62,073 nt of DNA from Patescibacteria group bacterium. Its GTDB lineage: Bacteria > Patescibacteriota > Microgenomatia > UM-FILTER-40-11. The DNA is taken from the NCBI GenBank assembly GCA_035530075.1, contig DATKVM010000007.1:1-62073 (forward strand), read 5' to 3'. The position numbers and the translations under genes are program-made. Shown in pieces: positions 26,590 through 36,476 of this stretch (positions within the stretch are counted from its first letter, which is position 1; every line of letters starts with the position of its first letter). The notes under the pieces are model-generated. The model was not told the origin of the DNA. It made no database searches and saw only the letters and a program-made list of their open reading frames with translations.

Positions 26590-28929
26590 ATGACTAAGTC
26601 TGCCCAAAAAGATAAATTTATCTACTGGTTTTCGGAAATTGACAAAAAAGACATTGCTTTGGTTGGCGGCAAGGGGGCGAATTTGGGAGAGATGTTCAAC
26701 TCGGGTATTCCCGTCCCTCCCGGCTTCATAATTTCCTCTTCAGCTTACTTTCATTTTATTAAAGTCAATCAGCTGAAAGAAAAAATTAGGGAACTCTTGA
26801 TTCCTACCGATAAAGACCGGCCAGATTCTTACACGACCGCTTCAGAAAAGATTAAAAAGGTGATGCTGGCTGCGGCTGTGCCCAAAGAAATTAGCATTGA
26901 GGCAATGAAGGCCTACGCTAAGCTGGGCAACCATTTCAAAAATCCCTTAGTGGCTGTCCGTTCTTCCGCCACCGCTGAGGATTTACCCACCGCTTCTTTT
27001 GCTGGGCAACAACGAACTTTTTTAAATATCGAAGGTGAGGCCAACTTAGTTAAGGCCGTGCGCGAATGTTGGGCCTCGCTTTTTGAACCACGGGCGATTT
27101 TTTACCGGGAAGAGAAAGGTTTTGACCATTTTAAAGTCGGTTTAGCTATTCCGGTCCAAAAAATGATCCAATCGGCAGTGTCGGGAATAATTTTTACCTG
27201 CGACCCGGTGTCGGGCGAGAAAAATAGAATTATCATCGATGCCATTTACGGATTGGGTGAACTAATCGTTCAAGGAGAAGTTACTCCCGACCATTTTGTC
27301 GTGGGAAAGAATGACTTTCAAATTTTGCAAAAAATCGTTTCTAAACAAATCGTCCAATTGGTTAAAAAAGGTCAAGAAACCAAAAAATTGCCTGTTCCCG
27401 ATAAATGGCAAGACAAACAAAAAATTTCCGATAAGGAAGTGGTTAAACTAGCCAAGATCGGCGAGAAACTCCACCGTCATTATTTCTTCCCTCAGGATAT
27501 TGAATTTGCTTTGGACAAAAAGAGAAAAATTTATATTGTCCAGACCCGGCCAGTCACCACCCTAAAAGAGGCGAAAGAAGAAAAGCTCTCTTCCAAAGAA
27601 GTTAAAGAAGCAGTGGCGGCGGAGAAAGAAATTGATAAGAAAAAGGAAATTCTTAGCGGTTCGCCGGCGAGCCCGGGCATCGGTTGGGGAGCAGTGGTAA
27701 TAATCCGCTCCAAGAAAGAAATTAATCGGGTTAAGCCCGGGAATATTTTAGTGACTTCGATGACCACTCCCGACTTTGTTCCGGCGATGAAAAAAGTGGC
27801 GGCCATTGTGACCGATAAAGGCGGTTTAACTTCTCATGCGGCGATTGTCTCTCGGGAATTGGGTGTTCCCTGCGTCGTGGGAACGGAAAAAGCGACTCAA
27901 GTATTGAAGGGAAAAGAAGTTATCACTGTTGACGGGACAGCCGGGAAAATCTACCAAGGCGGTTTAAGCGTTCAGTCAAAGATTATTACCCCCTCGGAAA
28001 GCTCAATGGCTAATAATGAAAGTCAATTCCTGCAAACCGCGACTAAACTTTATGTCAATCTGGCCGATTATTCGATTGCCAAAGAAATCGCTCAAAAACA
28101 CATTGACGGGGTGGGTTTACTAAGGGCGGAATTTATGATGGCGGAAATTGGCACTCACCCCAAAAAGATACTGGTCGAGAAAAGGGAAAATGATTTTATT
28201 GATAAGCTGTCGGAAAAGATGGCCGCTTTTTGCGAGGCATTCAATCCTCGGCCAGTGGTTTATCGAGCAACCGACTTTAAGACGAACGAATACCGCAGTT
28301 TAAAGGGGGGAGATTTATATGAGCCGAAAGAGGCTAATCCGATGCTGGGGTTTCGGGGGGCTTATCGCTATATTGTGGACGAGAAAGTTTTTGAAATGGA
28401 ACTGGCCGCTATAAAAAAGGTCAGAAACAAAATGGGCTTTAAAAACTTGTGGTTAATGATTCCATTTGTCCGCACCCCCGAGGAACTTCTCCAGGTCAAA
28501 AAAATCGTTACCAGTAATGGCTTAGCTCGCTCCAGTAATTTTAAGCTTTGGATGATGGTGGAAATTCCTTCAAATGTGATAATGCTGGAGGAATTCTTGA
28601 AGGTCGGCATCGATGGAGTATCTATCGGTTCCAATGATTTAACCATGATGATTTTGGGTACTGACCGGGATAACAACGAGGTGGCTTCGGTTTTTGATGA
28701 GAGAAATCCGGCGGTTTTGTGGGCACTCGAAAAAACAGTAAAAACCTGTTTAAAAGAAAAAGTAACTTGCTCGATTTGTGGCCAAGGGCCAAGCGAATAT
28801 CCGGATTTGGTGGAGGAATTGGTAGAATATGGCATTACCAGTATTTCGGTTAACCCCGATGTAATTGGGAGAACAAGAGAGCTTATCTACAATGCAGAAG
28901 CGAAATTAGTAAGTAAGAGTAAAAGCTAA
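26590..28929 (+). CDS. ppsA: Phosphoenolpyruvate synthase (pyruvate, water dikinase)
   Basis: An N-terminal ATP-grasp region (VGGKGANLGEM), a phospho-His swivel domain (TDKGGLTSHAAIVSRELGVPCVVG) and a C-terminal PEP-utilising TIM barrel. The ATG is at 26590. Confidence 0.9.
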   Translation: MTKSAQKDKFIYWFSEIDKKDIALVGGKGANLGEMFNSGIPVPPGFIISSSAYFHFIKVNQLKEKIRELLIPTDKDRPDSYTTASEKIKKVMLAAAVPKEISIEAMKAYAKLGNHFKNPLVAVRSSATAEDLPTASFAGQQRTFLNIEGEANLVKAVRECWASLFEPRAIFYREEKGFDHFKVGLAIPVQKMIQSAVSGIIFTCDPVSGEKNRIIIDAIYGLGELIVQGEVTPDHFVVGKNDFQILQKIVSKQIVQLVKKGQETKKLPVPDKWQDKQKISDKEVVKLAKIGEKLHRHYFFPQDIEFALDKKRKIYIVQTRPVTTLKEAKEEKLSSKEVKEAVAAEKEIDKKKEILSGSPASPGIGWGAVVIIRSKKEINRVKPGNILVTSMTTPDFVPAMKKVAAIVTDKGGLTSHAAIVSRELGVPCVVGTEKATQVLKGKEVITVDGTAGKIYQGGLSVQSKIITPSESSMANNESQFLQTATKLYVNLADYSIAKEIAQKHIDGVGLLRAEFMMAEIGTHPKKILVEKRENDFIDKLSEKMAAFCEAFNPRPVVYRATDFKTNEYRSLKGGDLYEPKEANPMLGFRGAYRYIVDEKVFEMELAAIKKVRNKMGFKNLWLMIPFVRTPEELLQVKKIVTSNGLARSSNFKLWMMVEIPSNVIMLEEFLKVGIDGVSIGSNDLTMMILGTDRDNNEVASVFDERNPAVLWALEKTVKTCLKEKVTCSICGQGPSEYPDLVEELVEYGITSISVNPDVIGRTRELIYNAEAKLVSKSKS

Positions 28930-28949
28930 AGAGATTTTCACTATTTCGT

Positions 28950-29639
28950 TTAAATTTTGGTGTTAAACAGGACCACGAATTCGCCTTTAGGAATTTGCTT
29001 GGAATATTTTTCAATCAATAACGAGACTTTTTCGCGGATTAGCTCCTCATGGATTTTAGTCAACTCGCGGGCAATTACTATTTCAATGTCACCAAAAACA
29101 TTTTGCAAATCCTGAAGTGATTTTTGAATTCGGAAAGGGGATTCAAAGAAGATGATGGTGGCGGAAATGTGTTTTAATGCTTCCTCCACTTCCCGGAAAA
29201 GTTTTATTCTTTGGCCTGATTTATTAGGTAAAAAACCCAAGAAAAGAAATTTGTCAGTGGGTAAACCCGAAGCGGAGAGGGCAGCGATGGGGGAGCTGGG
29301 ACCGGGAATGGGAACAACTTTAATTTTCTCTCGCCAGCATTCTCTGACTAGCTTAAAACCCGGATCAGAGATAGTGGGCGTACCGGAGTTGGTGACCAAG
29401 GCGAGGTCCTCGCCTGCTTTCAGCCGATTGATTGCCTCGGGCATCCTTTTTAATTCATTTTCTTCATAAAAAGAGATAAGCTCAGGAATCTTTAAACCTG
29501 GCTTTTCATGGCGTTTTAAAAGGGCCGCCGTTTTCCTCGTATCTTCGCACAAAATGGCATTCAGGGAAAAAAGGGTATTCAATGCCCGGAAAGTGATGTC
29601 TTCGAGGTTGCCGATAGGAGTGGCCACAAGGTATAACAT
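28950..29639 (-). CDS. rsmI: 16S rRNA (cytidine1402-2'-O)-methyltransferase
   Basis: MLYLVATPIGNLEDITFRA... and GTPTISDPG are tetrapyrrole-methylase-fold RsmI motifs. Confidence 0.85.
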   Translation of the reverse strand: MLYLVATPIGNLEDITFRALNTLFSLNAILCEDTRKTAALLKRHEKPGLKIPELISFYEENELKRMPEAINRLKAGEDLALVTNSGTPTISDPGFKLVRECWREKIKVVPIPGPSSPIAALSASGLPTDKFLFLGFLPNKSGQRIKLFREVEEALKHISATIIFFESPFRIQKSLQDLQNVFGDIEIVIARELTKIHEELIREKVSLLIEKYSKQIPKGEFVVLFNTKI

Positions 29640-29644
29640 CTTGA

Positions 29645-30586
29645 CTATTGATTAACTAAACTCAAAATTAAACCCTGATTAATGTTGGCGTTACTGGGAA
29701 TAACGAAAGGAGCTTTAAGTCGGTCACAAAGATGAGTAACCACGAGAAGAGCTTTGTCAATTCCCCACATATAATATTTTTGTTTAAAATTAAATCTTTT
29801 TTCTCTTACATCATAGGGAACAGGAGTAATTTCTTTTGTGAATTTCTTGAGTTGTTCAACTGGGGCTTCATAAGGGTGGCTGGGTGAGAAGGGGAAGGGC
29901 TTAAGAGTAAAACCTAAGGTTTTAAAAACGTCAATGACGCAAGAAGAGCCACAAATTAAGGGAGTTTTTAACTTTTTAGGAATGGGCATCAATTGCTGAA
30001 GAATGTATTTTTTCATTTGTTCAATTTCCTCCTTGGTTGGAAAATCATTACCGGTATGTCGGGGACTGAAGTTGTCGTGGAGATATTGAGCACCGAGTTT
30101 AAGAAGGAAAGAATGCTTTAACTGGTTTTTATTACCAATAAGAATTTGGACACTGCCTCCGCCAGAATCAATAACGGCAAAATCGTCATTAGTTTTAAAA
30201 TCGTGCATCACCGCACTGAAAAAAAACTCAGCCTCTTCTTGCTGAGAAATAATGTCTACTGTAAGACCAACATCTTCTTTAATCGTCTTGGCAACTTTGA
30301 GACCTTCTTCCTTCATTTCCCGAAGAGCGTGAGTGGAAACAACTCGCCATTTGTCAACTCCTTCATCTTCAAAAACCTTTTTACACCTTTTAAGCTCATC
30401 AATGGTATTTTTTAAATTTTGAGGGAGTGGTTTATTGTTGTTCTCATTCATGCGGGTGCCTAATTCAGTTAGAGTATTGGTTTGTAAAAGTGTTTGAATC
30501 TGATGGTGTAAAGACAATTCAACCACTTCCATTTTAACCTTGAGGGTACCAATGTCGATAACTCCGAAGCGTTTTGATTTTGGCAT
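29645..30586 (-). CDS. Ppx/GppA-family phosphatase
   Basis: 313 aa. It has an ASKHA-fold N-terminus (GVIDIGTLKVKMEV), and DSGGGSVQ is present. Confidence 0.7.
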   Translation of the reverse strand: MPKSKRFGVIDIGTLKVKMEVVELSLHHQIQTLLQTNTLTELGTRMNENNNKPLPQNLKNTIDELKRCKKVFEDEGVDKWRVVSTHALREMKEEGLKVAKTIKEDVGLTVDIISQQEEAEFFFSAVMHDFKTNDDFAVIDSGGGSVQILIGNKNQLKHSFLLKLGAQYLHDNFSPRHTGNDFPTKEEIEQMKKYILQQLMPIPKKLKTPLICGSSCVIDVFKTLGFTLKPFPFSPSHPYEAPVEQLKKFTKEITPVPYDVREKRFNFKQKYYMWGIDKALLVVTHLCDRLKAPFVIPSNANINQGLILSLVNQ

Positions 30587-30589
30587 AGG

Positions 30590-31204
30590 TTAAAACCTTC
30601 TCACAATTCCGACGCATTTACCTTGAATTCGGACGCTATTAGTAAAGATAGGCGACATTTTGGAATTGGCTGGCTCCAGGCGAATCCGGGTCGCTTCGCG
30701 GAAGTAACGCTTGAGAGTGGCTAAGCCGTTTTCCAGCAAAGCGACGACAATATCCCCGTTTTTGGCTTCGTTTTGCTCTTCGATGACGACAAAATCACCA
30801 TCTAAAATCCCGTCTTCAATCATTGATTCACCTTTTACTTGTAAAACAAAGGCTCGTTTTTTGCCGGAAAGCATACCGGGAGCAACGTGGGTGGTAGCGT
30901 TGGGGTCAGTATGGGGTTCAATTGGCGTACCGGCGGCAATGAAACCCAAAATCGGCAACTCAATGCCTTTGATAATTTCTCCCAGTTTTTTGTCAACCAC
31001 TTCAATCCCCCTGACCGCCCCTTCAAATCTTTTAATCACTCCCTTTTTAACCATCGAATTAAGGTGCTCGTGAACAGTCGCCAGGGAGGAAACACCAATG
31101 GCTTCAGCAATCTGCTGCAAAGTGGGAGAATAGCCGTTTTTTTGAATGTATTGGCTAATAAAATCGAGAATCTGTTTTTGGCGCTTGTAGAGAATAACTG
31201 GCAT
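30590..31204 (-). CDS. lexA: LexA repressor
   Basis: An N-terminal wHTH (TLQQIAEAIGVSSLATVHEHL), a cleavage-site region (FIAAGTPIEP) and S24 peptidase motifs (GESM ... TLKRY). Confidence 0.9.
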   Translation of the reverse strand: MPVILYKRQKQILDFISQYIQKNGYSPTLQQIAEAIGVSSLATVHEHLNSMVKKGVIKRFEGAVRGIEVVDKKLGEIIKGIELPILGFIAAGTPIEPHTDPNATTHVAPGMLSGKKRAFVLQVKGESMIEDGILDGDFVVIEEQNEAKNGDIVVALLENGLATLKRYFREATRIRLEPANSKMSPIFTNSVRIQGKCVGIVRRF

Positions 31205-31313
31205 AGAATTAGGGTTTAGTGGTAAAGTTACTCTACGCCAAAGAAAACCCGAATGTCAAGTAGCAAGTAGTAATTGTATTAAGCCTTAGGTATCTATTAT
31301 CATAAAGACAGCA

Positions 31314-33173
31314 ATGAGAAAAGTTTTTTCTTTCTTTATCTTTATCCTTTTGGCTTTTCTTGCCTTGGTTTTTCCTTCTTTCGCCTCAGCTAAAGAATTT
31401 TCTTCCTTTTACAAAACAACTTATCGCTTTGCCAATTCCGCCGAGGCTTTTGTCACCCAAGAAGTTTCGTTAGTTAATCTAACAGCGGACTATTATGTTT
31501 CGGAATACTCTTTGAGCATCCTGGGCAGTCAAATTGACAGCATTGAGGCCTTTGATAATGTGGGGCCGGTTAAAACTCAGACCCAGGTGAAGGATGAAAC
31601 GACGATTATTACCCTCTATTTTAACGAAAAAGTGGTCGGGAAGGGAAAAATGCTTTCTTTTATTCTCAAATACCGTTGCGGCGGTTTGGCTAAAAAAGAA
31701 GGTAATCTCTGGCAAATTAGTATTCCTAAATTGGCCAAGGATGATGAAATTGATGAGTACGAGCTTTCCCTAAGAATTCCTCTCGAGTTCGGCAAAGTCG
31801 CCTTCGCCAATCCGACTCCCCGCCGCGAAGAAATTGTCGACCGTTTTTATCAACTTCAATTTGAGAAAGATGACCTGGTTAATTATGGAGTTTGGGTAAC
31901 CGTCGGCCAGTACCAAACTTTTGATTTTGTTATTAATTACGAATTAACCAATTCTTCTGCGACTTCAAGAGTAGAAAAAATCGCCCTCCCGCCAGATACG
32001 AACTACCAGACCCTTTATTATGAGAGCTTAGAGCCGGAACCGATTGATTTGGAGATTGACCCTGATGGTAATTGGCTGGCGGTTTACCGCTTGGGGGCAA
32101 ATGAGAAACTGGCCATTAAAGCCAAAGGAAAAGCTAATCTCTTTTTTCAATCGAAAAAAGGCCACTGGCCGGAACCGGAATTTAACGCTAATGATTATTT
32201 AACCGCTTCCAAAAACTGGCCGGCTGACCAGTCACTCATTAAAGACTTAGCCGGGAGTCTAAAGACTCCCGCCGCTATCTATCGTTACGTCGTTAACAAT
32301 TTAAACTATGATTACCAATCGATTAAAAAAGGAATGGAGCGGAAAGGAGCCTTAGGGGCGCTCAATAACCCTCAGAAATCAATCTGTACCGATTTTACCG
32401 ACCTTTTTGTTGCCCTTTGTCGGGCCGCCGGTATTCCGGCTCGAGAGTTAGCCGGATATGCCTATTCCGATAATCCGCGGTTAAAGGAGTTAGCGGCAAA
32501 GAATGACTTACTTCATTCCTGGGCGGAATATTATGACCAGCAGAAACAGGAGTGGATCATGGTTGACCCTACTTGGGAACAAACCAGTGGTGGATTGGAC
32601 TTTTTTAATAAATTTGATATGGCGCATTTTGTCTTTGTCATTCATGGCCGCAGCGACACTTTGCCACTTTCTCCCGGCGCTTACAAAGATAATGAGAGTT
32701 CAGAAAAGCAGGTGTTTGTCGAGTTAAGCAGTGAGGAAGTCATTAAAAATCCCAAGGCTTTTTCTATCACGAGTGTTCGGCCACAGCTCCTCTTTTCCCT
32801 CAAAAATAATTCGCTTGAAGTCGAGATGAAGAATGAAAGTGGTTTTAGTCTTAACAATGAGATTTTCCGTTTAGAGGGTGAGCCAAAAGTTGAGCCTAAT
32901 GAATGGTTTTTCAAACAAATTCCCCCTTTTTCTCGCTTTAGAATTGCTTTCAACCTAAAGCCAATGGAACAAATTAGAGATTATCAGTTGAAATTTACTC
33001 TTAAGACGGGCGAAGAAGCGAGGGAATTAACCCTAACGGTTAACTCTTTAATTTTGAGGGCCGGCATTATCAGCGGAGTTTTACTAACAGTGGCGTTAGT
33101 GCTCTTACTATGGAGCTTGAAAAAAAATCGTTGCTCTCCGTTAGAAGAAAATGCTAATCTTAAAGAAGAATGA
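31314..33173 (+). CDS. Transglutaminase-like domain membrane protein
   Basis: 619 aa with a signal peptide and a C-terminal TM. The transglutaminase core is CTDFTDLFVALCRAAGIPAR...HSWAEYY...DPT. Confidence 0.75.
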   Translation: MRKVFSFFIFILLAFLALVFPSFASAKEFSSFYKTTYRFANSAEAFVTQEVSLVNLTADYYVSEYSLSILGSQIDSIEAFDNVGPVKTQTQVKDETTIITLYFNEKVVGKGKMLSFILKYRCGGLAKKEGNLWQISIPKLAKDDEIDEYELSLRIPLEFGKVAFANPTPRREEIVDRFYQLQFEKDDLVNYGVWVTVGQYQTFDFVINYELTNSSATSRVEKIALPPDTNYQTLYYESLEPEPIDLEIDPDGNWLAVYRLGANEKLAIKAKGKANLFFQSKKGHWPEPEFNANDYLTASKNWPADQSLIKDLAGSLKTPAAIYRYVVNNLNYDYQSIKKGMERKGALGALNNPQKSICTDFTDLFVALCRAAGIPARELAGYAYSDNPRLKELAAKNDLLHSWAEYYDQQKQEWIMVDPTWEQTSGGLDFFNKFDMAHFVFVIHGRSDTLPLSPGAYKDNESSEKQVFVELSSEEVIKNPKAFSITSVRPQLLFSLKNNSLEVEMKNESGFSLNNEIFRLEGEPKVEPNEWFFKQIPPFSRFRIAFNLKPMEQIRDYQLKFTLKTGEEARELTLTVNSLILRAGIISGVLLTVALVLLLWSLKKNRCSPLEENANLKEE

Positions 33174-33577
33174 AAGGTTTTTTAAGGAATATTTTTTTTA
33201 ACTTTTTGACTCTCTTCTTGATTGCTAAGCTAATTGGGGCGATTTCGTTCAAAGAAAATTATTTAGTTTTGTTTTGGTCAGCCTTTTTTTTAACGCTCTT
33301 AAATCTCTTGGTCAAACCACTTTTAAACCTTCTTCTTATGCCAATTAACCTGCTTACTTTGGGAGCTTTTCGCTGGGTCGTTAATGTTTTAGTTTTACTC
33401 TTAGTCGTCATTTTTGTCACTGACTTTAAAATTGTCGGTTTTTCTTTTCCGGGTGCCAGTTTCGTTGGTTTTGTGATTCCTGCCATTAGCTTGACTTTCT
33501 TTTGGGCTTTAATTTTGGTATCATTCCTAATTGAAGTGATTTCCAATTTTTTGAATTGGGTTTTGGGGGCAAAGTAA
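33170..33577 (+). CDS. Small 4-TM membrane protein (DUF360/holin-4-like)
   Basis: 135 aa, entirely hydrophobic with about 4 helices. The family call is from memory. The start overlaps the upstream stop (ATGA). Confidence 0.35.
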   Translation: MKGFLRNIFFNFLTLFLIAKLIGAISFKENYLVLFWSAFFLTLLNLLVKPLLNLLLMPINLLTLGAFRWVVNVLVLLLVVIFVTDFKIVGFSFPGASFVGFVIPAISLTFFWALILVSFLIEVISNFLNWVLGAK

Positions 33578-33578
33578 A

Positions 33579-33803
33579 TTGCAAAAAGAATATTTATTAG
33601 TTGTTCAAATTGTCTTCGGCCTTTTTTTAATTACTTTGGTTTTGCTCCAAGGGAAAGGGGCAGGTTTAGGGAGCACTTTTGGCGGCAATTTATGGACGAC
33701 TTATTCCACCAAACGAGGAGTAGAAAAAGTTGTCTTTAATTTGACCATTGCCTCGGCAACTTTCTTTTTTCTCTCCTCATTGGCGCTACTGCTATCAGGT
33801 TAA
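33579..33803 (+). CDS. secG: Preprotein translocase subunit SecG
   Basis: 74 aa with a TTG start. LLQGKGAGLGSTFGG lies between two TM helices, as is typical of SecG. Confidence 0.75.
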   Translation: MQKEYLLVVQIVFGLFLITLVLLQGKGAGLGSTFGGNLWTTYSTKRGVEKVVFNLTIASATFFFLSSLALLLSG

Positions 33804-33805
33804 AA

Positions 33806-35158
33806 ATGATTCTATTCAAAAAACTTCGTTTTTTAGTCCGTTTTTTAGTAGCGGTGATTAAAAAACAATATCGAACGGTTTTTTTAGGCCTTTTACTAGG
33901 AGTGGTTTTCAGTATTTGCTTGCCCCGAATTATCAAAGTTCTTCCCCAAACCCGAAAGACGCAAAAAATCGGTTTGATTGGTCAATACACAGTCAGCGGC
34001 CTTCCCGATGAAGTGCTTCAAGATATATCTTATGGTTTAACTCGCCTTGACGAAAAGGGCGAGCCTCAACCGGCCATTGCCGAGAGTTGGCAAACGACCA
34101 ATGACGGGAAAACTTATATTTTCAAGCTGAAAAAAATAAGTAATGCTTGGCATGATGGCAAACCATTCGCCATCACCGATGTCAATTACAATTTCAAAGA
34201 TGTCACCCTCGCCATTAATGGCGATCAAATGACCTTTGACCTCAAAGAGCCATTTTCTCCACTGCCGGTCATTTTATCGCGACCACTTTTTAAGAAGGGT
34301 TTAATCGGTTTGGGCGATTATCGAGTCAAAAGAATTGAAAAAAAAGGCAATTTTGTTAAAAGCATCCTTTTGGTCCCCCAAGGCGGTTCCAGCTTTTTCA
34401 CCGATGAAAATCGCCTGCCCAATAAGCTTTACCGCTTTTACAATAATGAAAAAGAACTCAAGATGGCTTTCAATTTGGGTGAAATTGATGTGATAAAGAA
34501 TTTAATTGATCTGGAGAGTCTTTATCTTGGAAGCTCGGTTGAAGTGACTCAAAACTTAATGGCCAGTGCTTACTTAGCCGTGTTTTTGGATACCAGCCGA
34601 CCTCCTTTTGGTGAAAAAACTTTCCGCCAAGCTCTCGCTTATGCTATCCCTAAGCCAGAAGGCCAGGGGAGAGCGATTAGTCCCCTTAGCCCCAGTTCTT
34701 GGGCATTTAATCCCGATATAAAGCCTTACCACCAAGATCTCGACCACGCCAAAAAGCTTCTCTCTCAGGAAAGCCCAGAAACTAAGGTTAAAATTACCCT
34801 TTCCACTTTTCCCCAGTATGAAAAAATTGCCAATGAGATTAGGGACTCTTGGCAACAAATCGGTATCGAAGTGACGGTGCAAATTGTGACCTTCATTCCG
34901 GAAGAATTTGATGCTCTGCTTATCGCTCGGGAAATTTCCCGTGATCCTGATCAATATTATTTCTGGCATTCGACTCAGTTGGGTAACCTTTCTAAATTCA
35001 AAAGTCCCCGCATTGATAAGTTGCTGGAGGACGGCCGAAAAACTCTCTCTCGCGAAGAAAGGAAAAATATTTATTATGACTTTCAACGGTTCTTGGTAGA
35101 GGAGTCGCCGGTTATCTTTTTAAGCCACCCGGTTACTTATGCGATTGTTCGGGAATAG
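33806..35158 (+). CDS. ABC-transporter substrate-binding protein, family 5 (peptide/nickel type), orphan
   Basis: 450 aa with an N-terminal anchor. GLTRLDEKGEPQPAIAESWQTTNDGKTYIFKLKK...WHDGKPFAITDV is SBP_bac_5-like. No permease or ATPase gene is adjacent. Confidence 0.7.
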   Translation: MILFKKLRFLVRFLVAVIKKQYRTVFLGLLLGVVFSICLPRIIKVLPQTRKTQKIGLIGQYTVSGLPDEVLQDISYGLTRLDEKGEPQPAIAESWQTTNDGKTYIFKLKKISNAWHDGKPFAITDVNYNFKDVTLAINGDQMTFDLKEPFSPLPVILSRPLFKKGLIGLGDYRVKRIEKKGNFVKSILLVPQGGSSFFTDENRLPNKLYRFYNNEKELKMAFNLGEIDVIKNLIDLESLYLGSSVEVTQNLMASAYLAVFLDTSRPPFGEKTFRQALAYAIPKPEGQGRAISPLSPSSWAFNPDIKPYHQDLDHAKKLLSQESPETKVKITLSTFPQYEKIANEIRDSWQQIGIEVTVQIVTFIPEEFDALLIAREISRDPDQYYFWHSTQLGNLSKFKSPRIDKLLEDGRKTLSREERKNIYYDFQRFLVEESPVIFLSHPVTYAIVRE

Positions 35159-35205
35159 GCTTGCGACAGAAGTGATACAATTAAAAGAAATTAATAAGGA
35201 GGTTT

Positions 35206-36471
35206 ATGAAAATTGCTGACCTCACTGCCCGAGAAATTCTGGATTCTAAGGGTGATCCCACTGTTGAAGCGGAGATAACTTTGGAGGGCGGAGTTAAAGC
35301 TTTGGGGGGAGTCCCTTCCGGCTCTTCAACCGGAGCGGCCGAAGCTTTGGAGTTAAGGGATGGCGATAAGAATCGTTACTTCGGTCGAGGGGTTTTAAAA
35401 GCAATTGAAAATATCAATGGGCCAATTCATCGCGCTTTAGTCGGTCAAGACGCAAACGATCAGCGGAAAATTGATCAAGCAATAATTGATCTTGACGGGA
35501 CTGAAAACAAAAGCCATTTGGGCGGAAATGCCATTGTGGGAGTATCAATGGCGGTTTGCCGAGCCGCTGCCCGAGGTCAAAAAATCCCTCTTTGGGAGTA
35601 CTTCGGGAAATTGTCCGGTAACACTCATTTTGAGTTACCTCAACCGCTAATCTTAATACTTGAGGGGGGAAAACATGGGAATTGGTCAACTGATTGCCAA
35701 GAATATTTTGTTATTCCCAAAAAAGAGGCTTTCCCCACCTTTCGGGAAAGGATGAGAGTCGGGGCAGAAATTTTTCATACCCTGGGGGACCTCCTTAAGA
35801 ATAAAGGATACTCCGTGGGCGTGGGATATGAGGGGGCGTTTATGCCTCAAGAGATAAAATCCAATGAGGAAGCCTTGGAATTGATGATGGAAGCAACGGA
35901 GAAAGCCGGCTATCAATTAACCAAGCAAGTTGTTTTGGGTATTGATGGCGCCTCTTCCGAATTCCATAAAGACGGGAAGTATCTTTTAAAGAGTGAAGGC
36001 AATACCGCCCTTTCAAAAGACGAGTGGTTAGCGAAAGTGATTGGCTGGACCGAGAAATATCCTATTTGGTCTGTCGAAGATATGTTTGCTGAAGAAGATT
36101 GGGAAAGTTGGGTGGAATTTACCCAAAAAGTCGGAGATCACCTCCAGATAGTTGGCGATGACCTTTTAGCCACCAATACTAAACGAATTCAAAAGGCGAT
36201 TGATCAAAAAGCGGTCAATAGTGTTTTAATTAAACTGAACCAAATTGGGACAATCACCGAAACGATAGCGGCGATTTCTCTGGCTCACCAAGCCGGCTAT
36301 ACCACCGTTATTTCTCATCGGGGGGGAGAAACCAATGATGATATGATTGCCGACCTTTGCGTAGGTTCCGGGTCTTGGCAATCAAAGTTCGGGGGCCCGG
36401 ATCGAGGAGAGCGGGTGGCCAAATATAACCGACTATTAAGAATGGAAGAGAAATTAGAAGTTAAAAAATAA
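35206..36471 (+). CDS. eno: Enolase
   Basis: 421 aa. ILDSKGDPTVEAE, SGSSTGAAEALELRD and ISHRGGETND motifs are present, with the SD AAGGAGG upstream. Confidence 0.95.
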   Translation: MKIADLTAREILDSKGDPTVEAEITLEGGVKALGGVPSGSSTGAAEALELRDGDKNRYFGRGVLKAIENINGPIHRALVGQDANDQRKIDQAIIDLDGTENKSHLGGNAIVGVSMAVCRAAARGQKIPLWEYFGKLSGNTHFELPQPLILILEGGKHGNWSTDCQEYFVIPKKEAFPTFRERMRVGAEIFHTLGDLLKNKGYSVGVGYEGAFMPQEIKSNEEALELMMEATEKAGYQLTKQVVLGIDGASSEFHKDGKYLLKSEGNTALSKDEWLAKVIGWTEKYPIWSVEDMFAEEDWESWVEFTQKVGDHLQIVGDDLLATNTKRIQKAIDQKAVNSVLIKLNQIGTITETIAAISLAHQAGYTTVISHRGGETNDDMIADLCVGSGSWQSKFGGPDRGERVAKYNRLLRMEEKLEVKK

Positions 36472-36476
36472 AGATC

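Noticed and set aside
31205-31313. LexA operator (SOS box) upstream of lexA.
   Set aside because: A promoter (TTGACA-N18-TAGAGT) is visible, but only a 4-bp-arm dyad (GTAA-CT-TTAC) overlaps it. No CGAAC-N4-GTTCG, CTGT-N8-ACAG or GTTC-N7-GTTC type box was found. The motif for this lineage is unknown to me.
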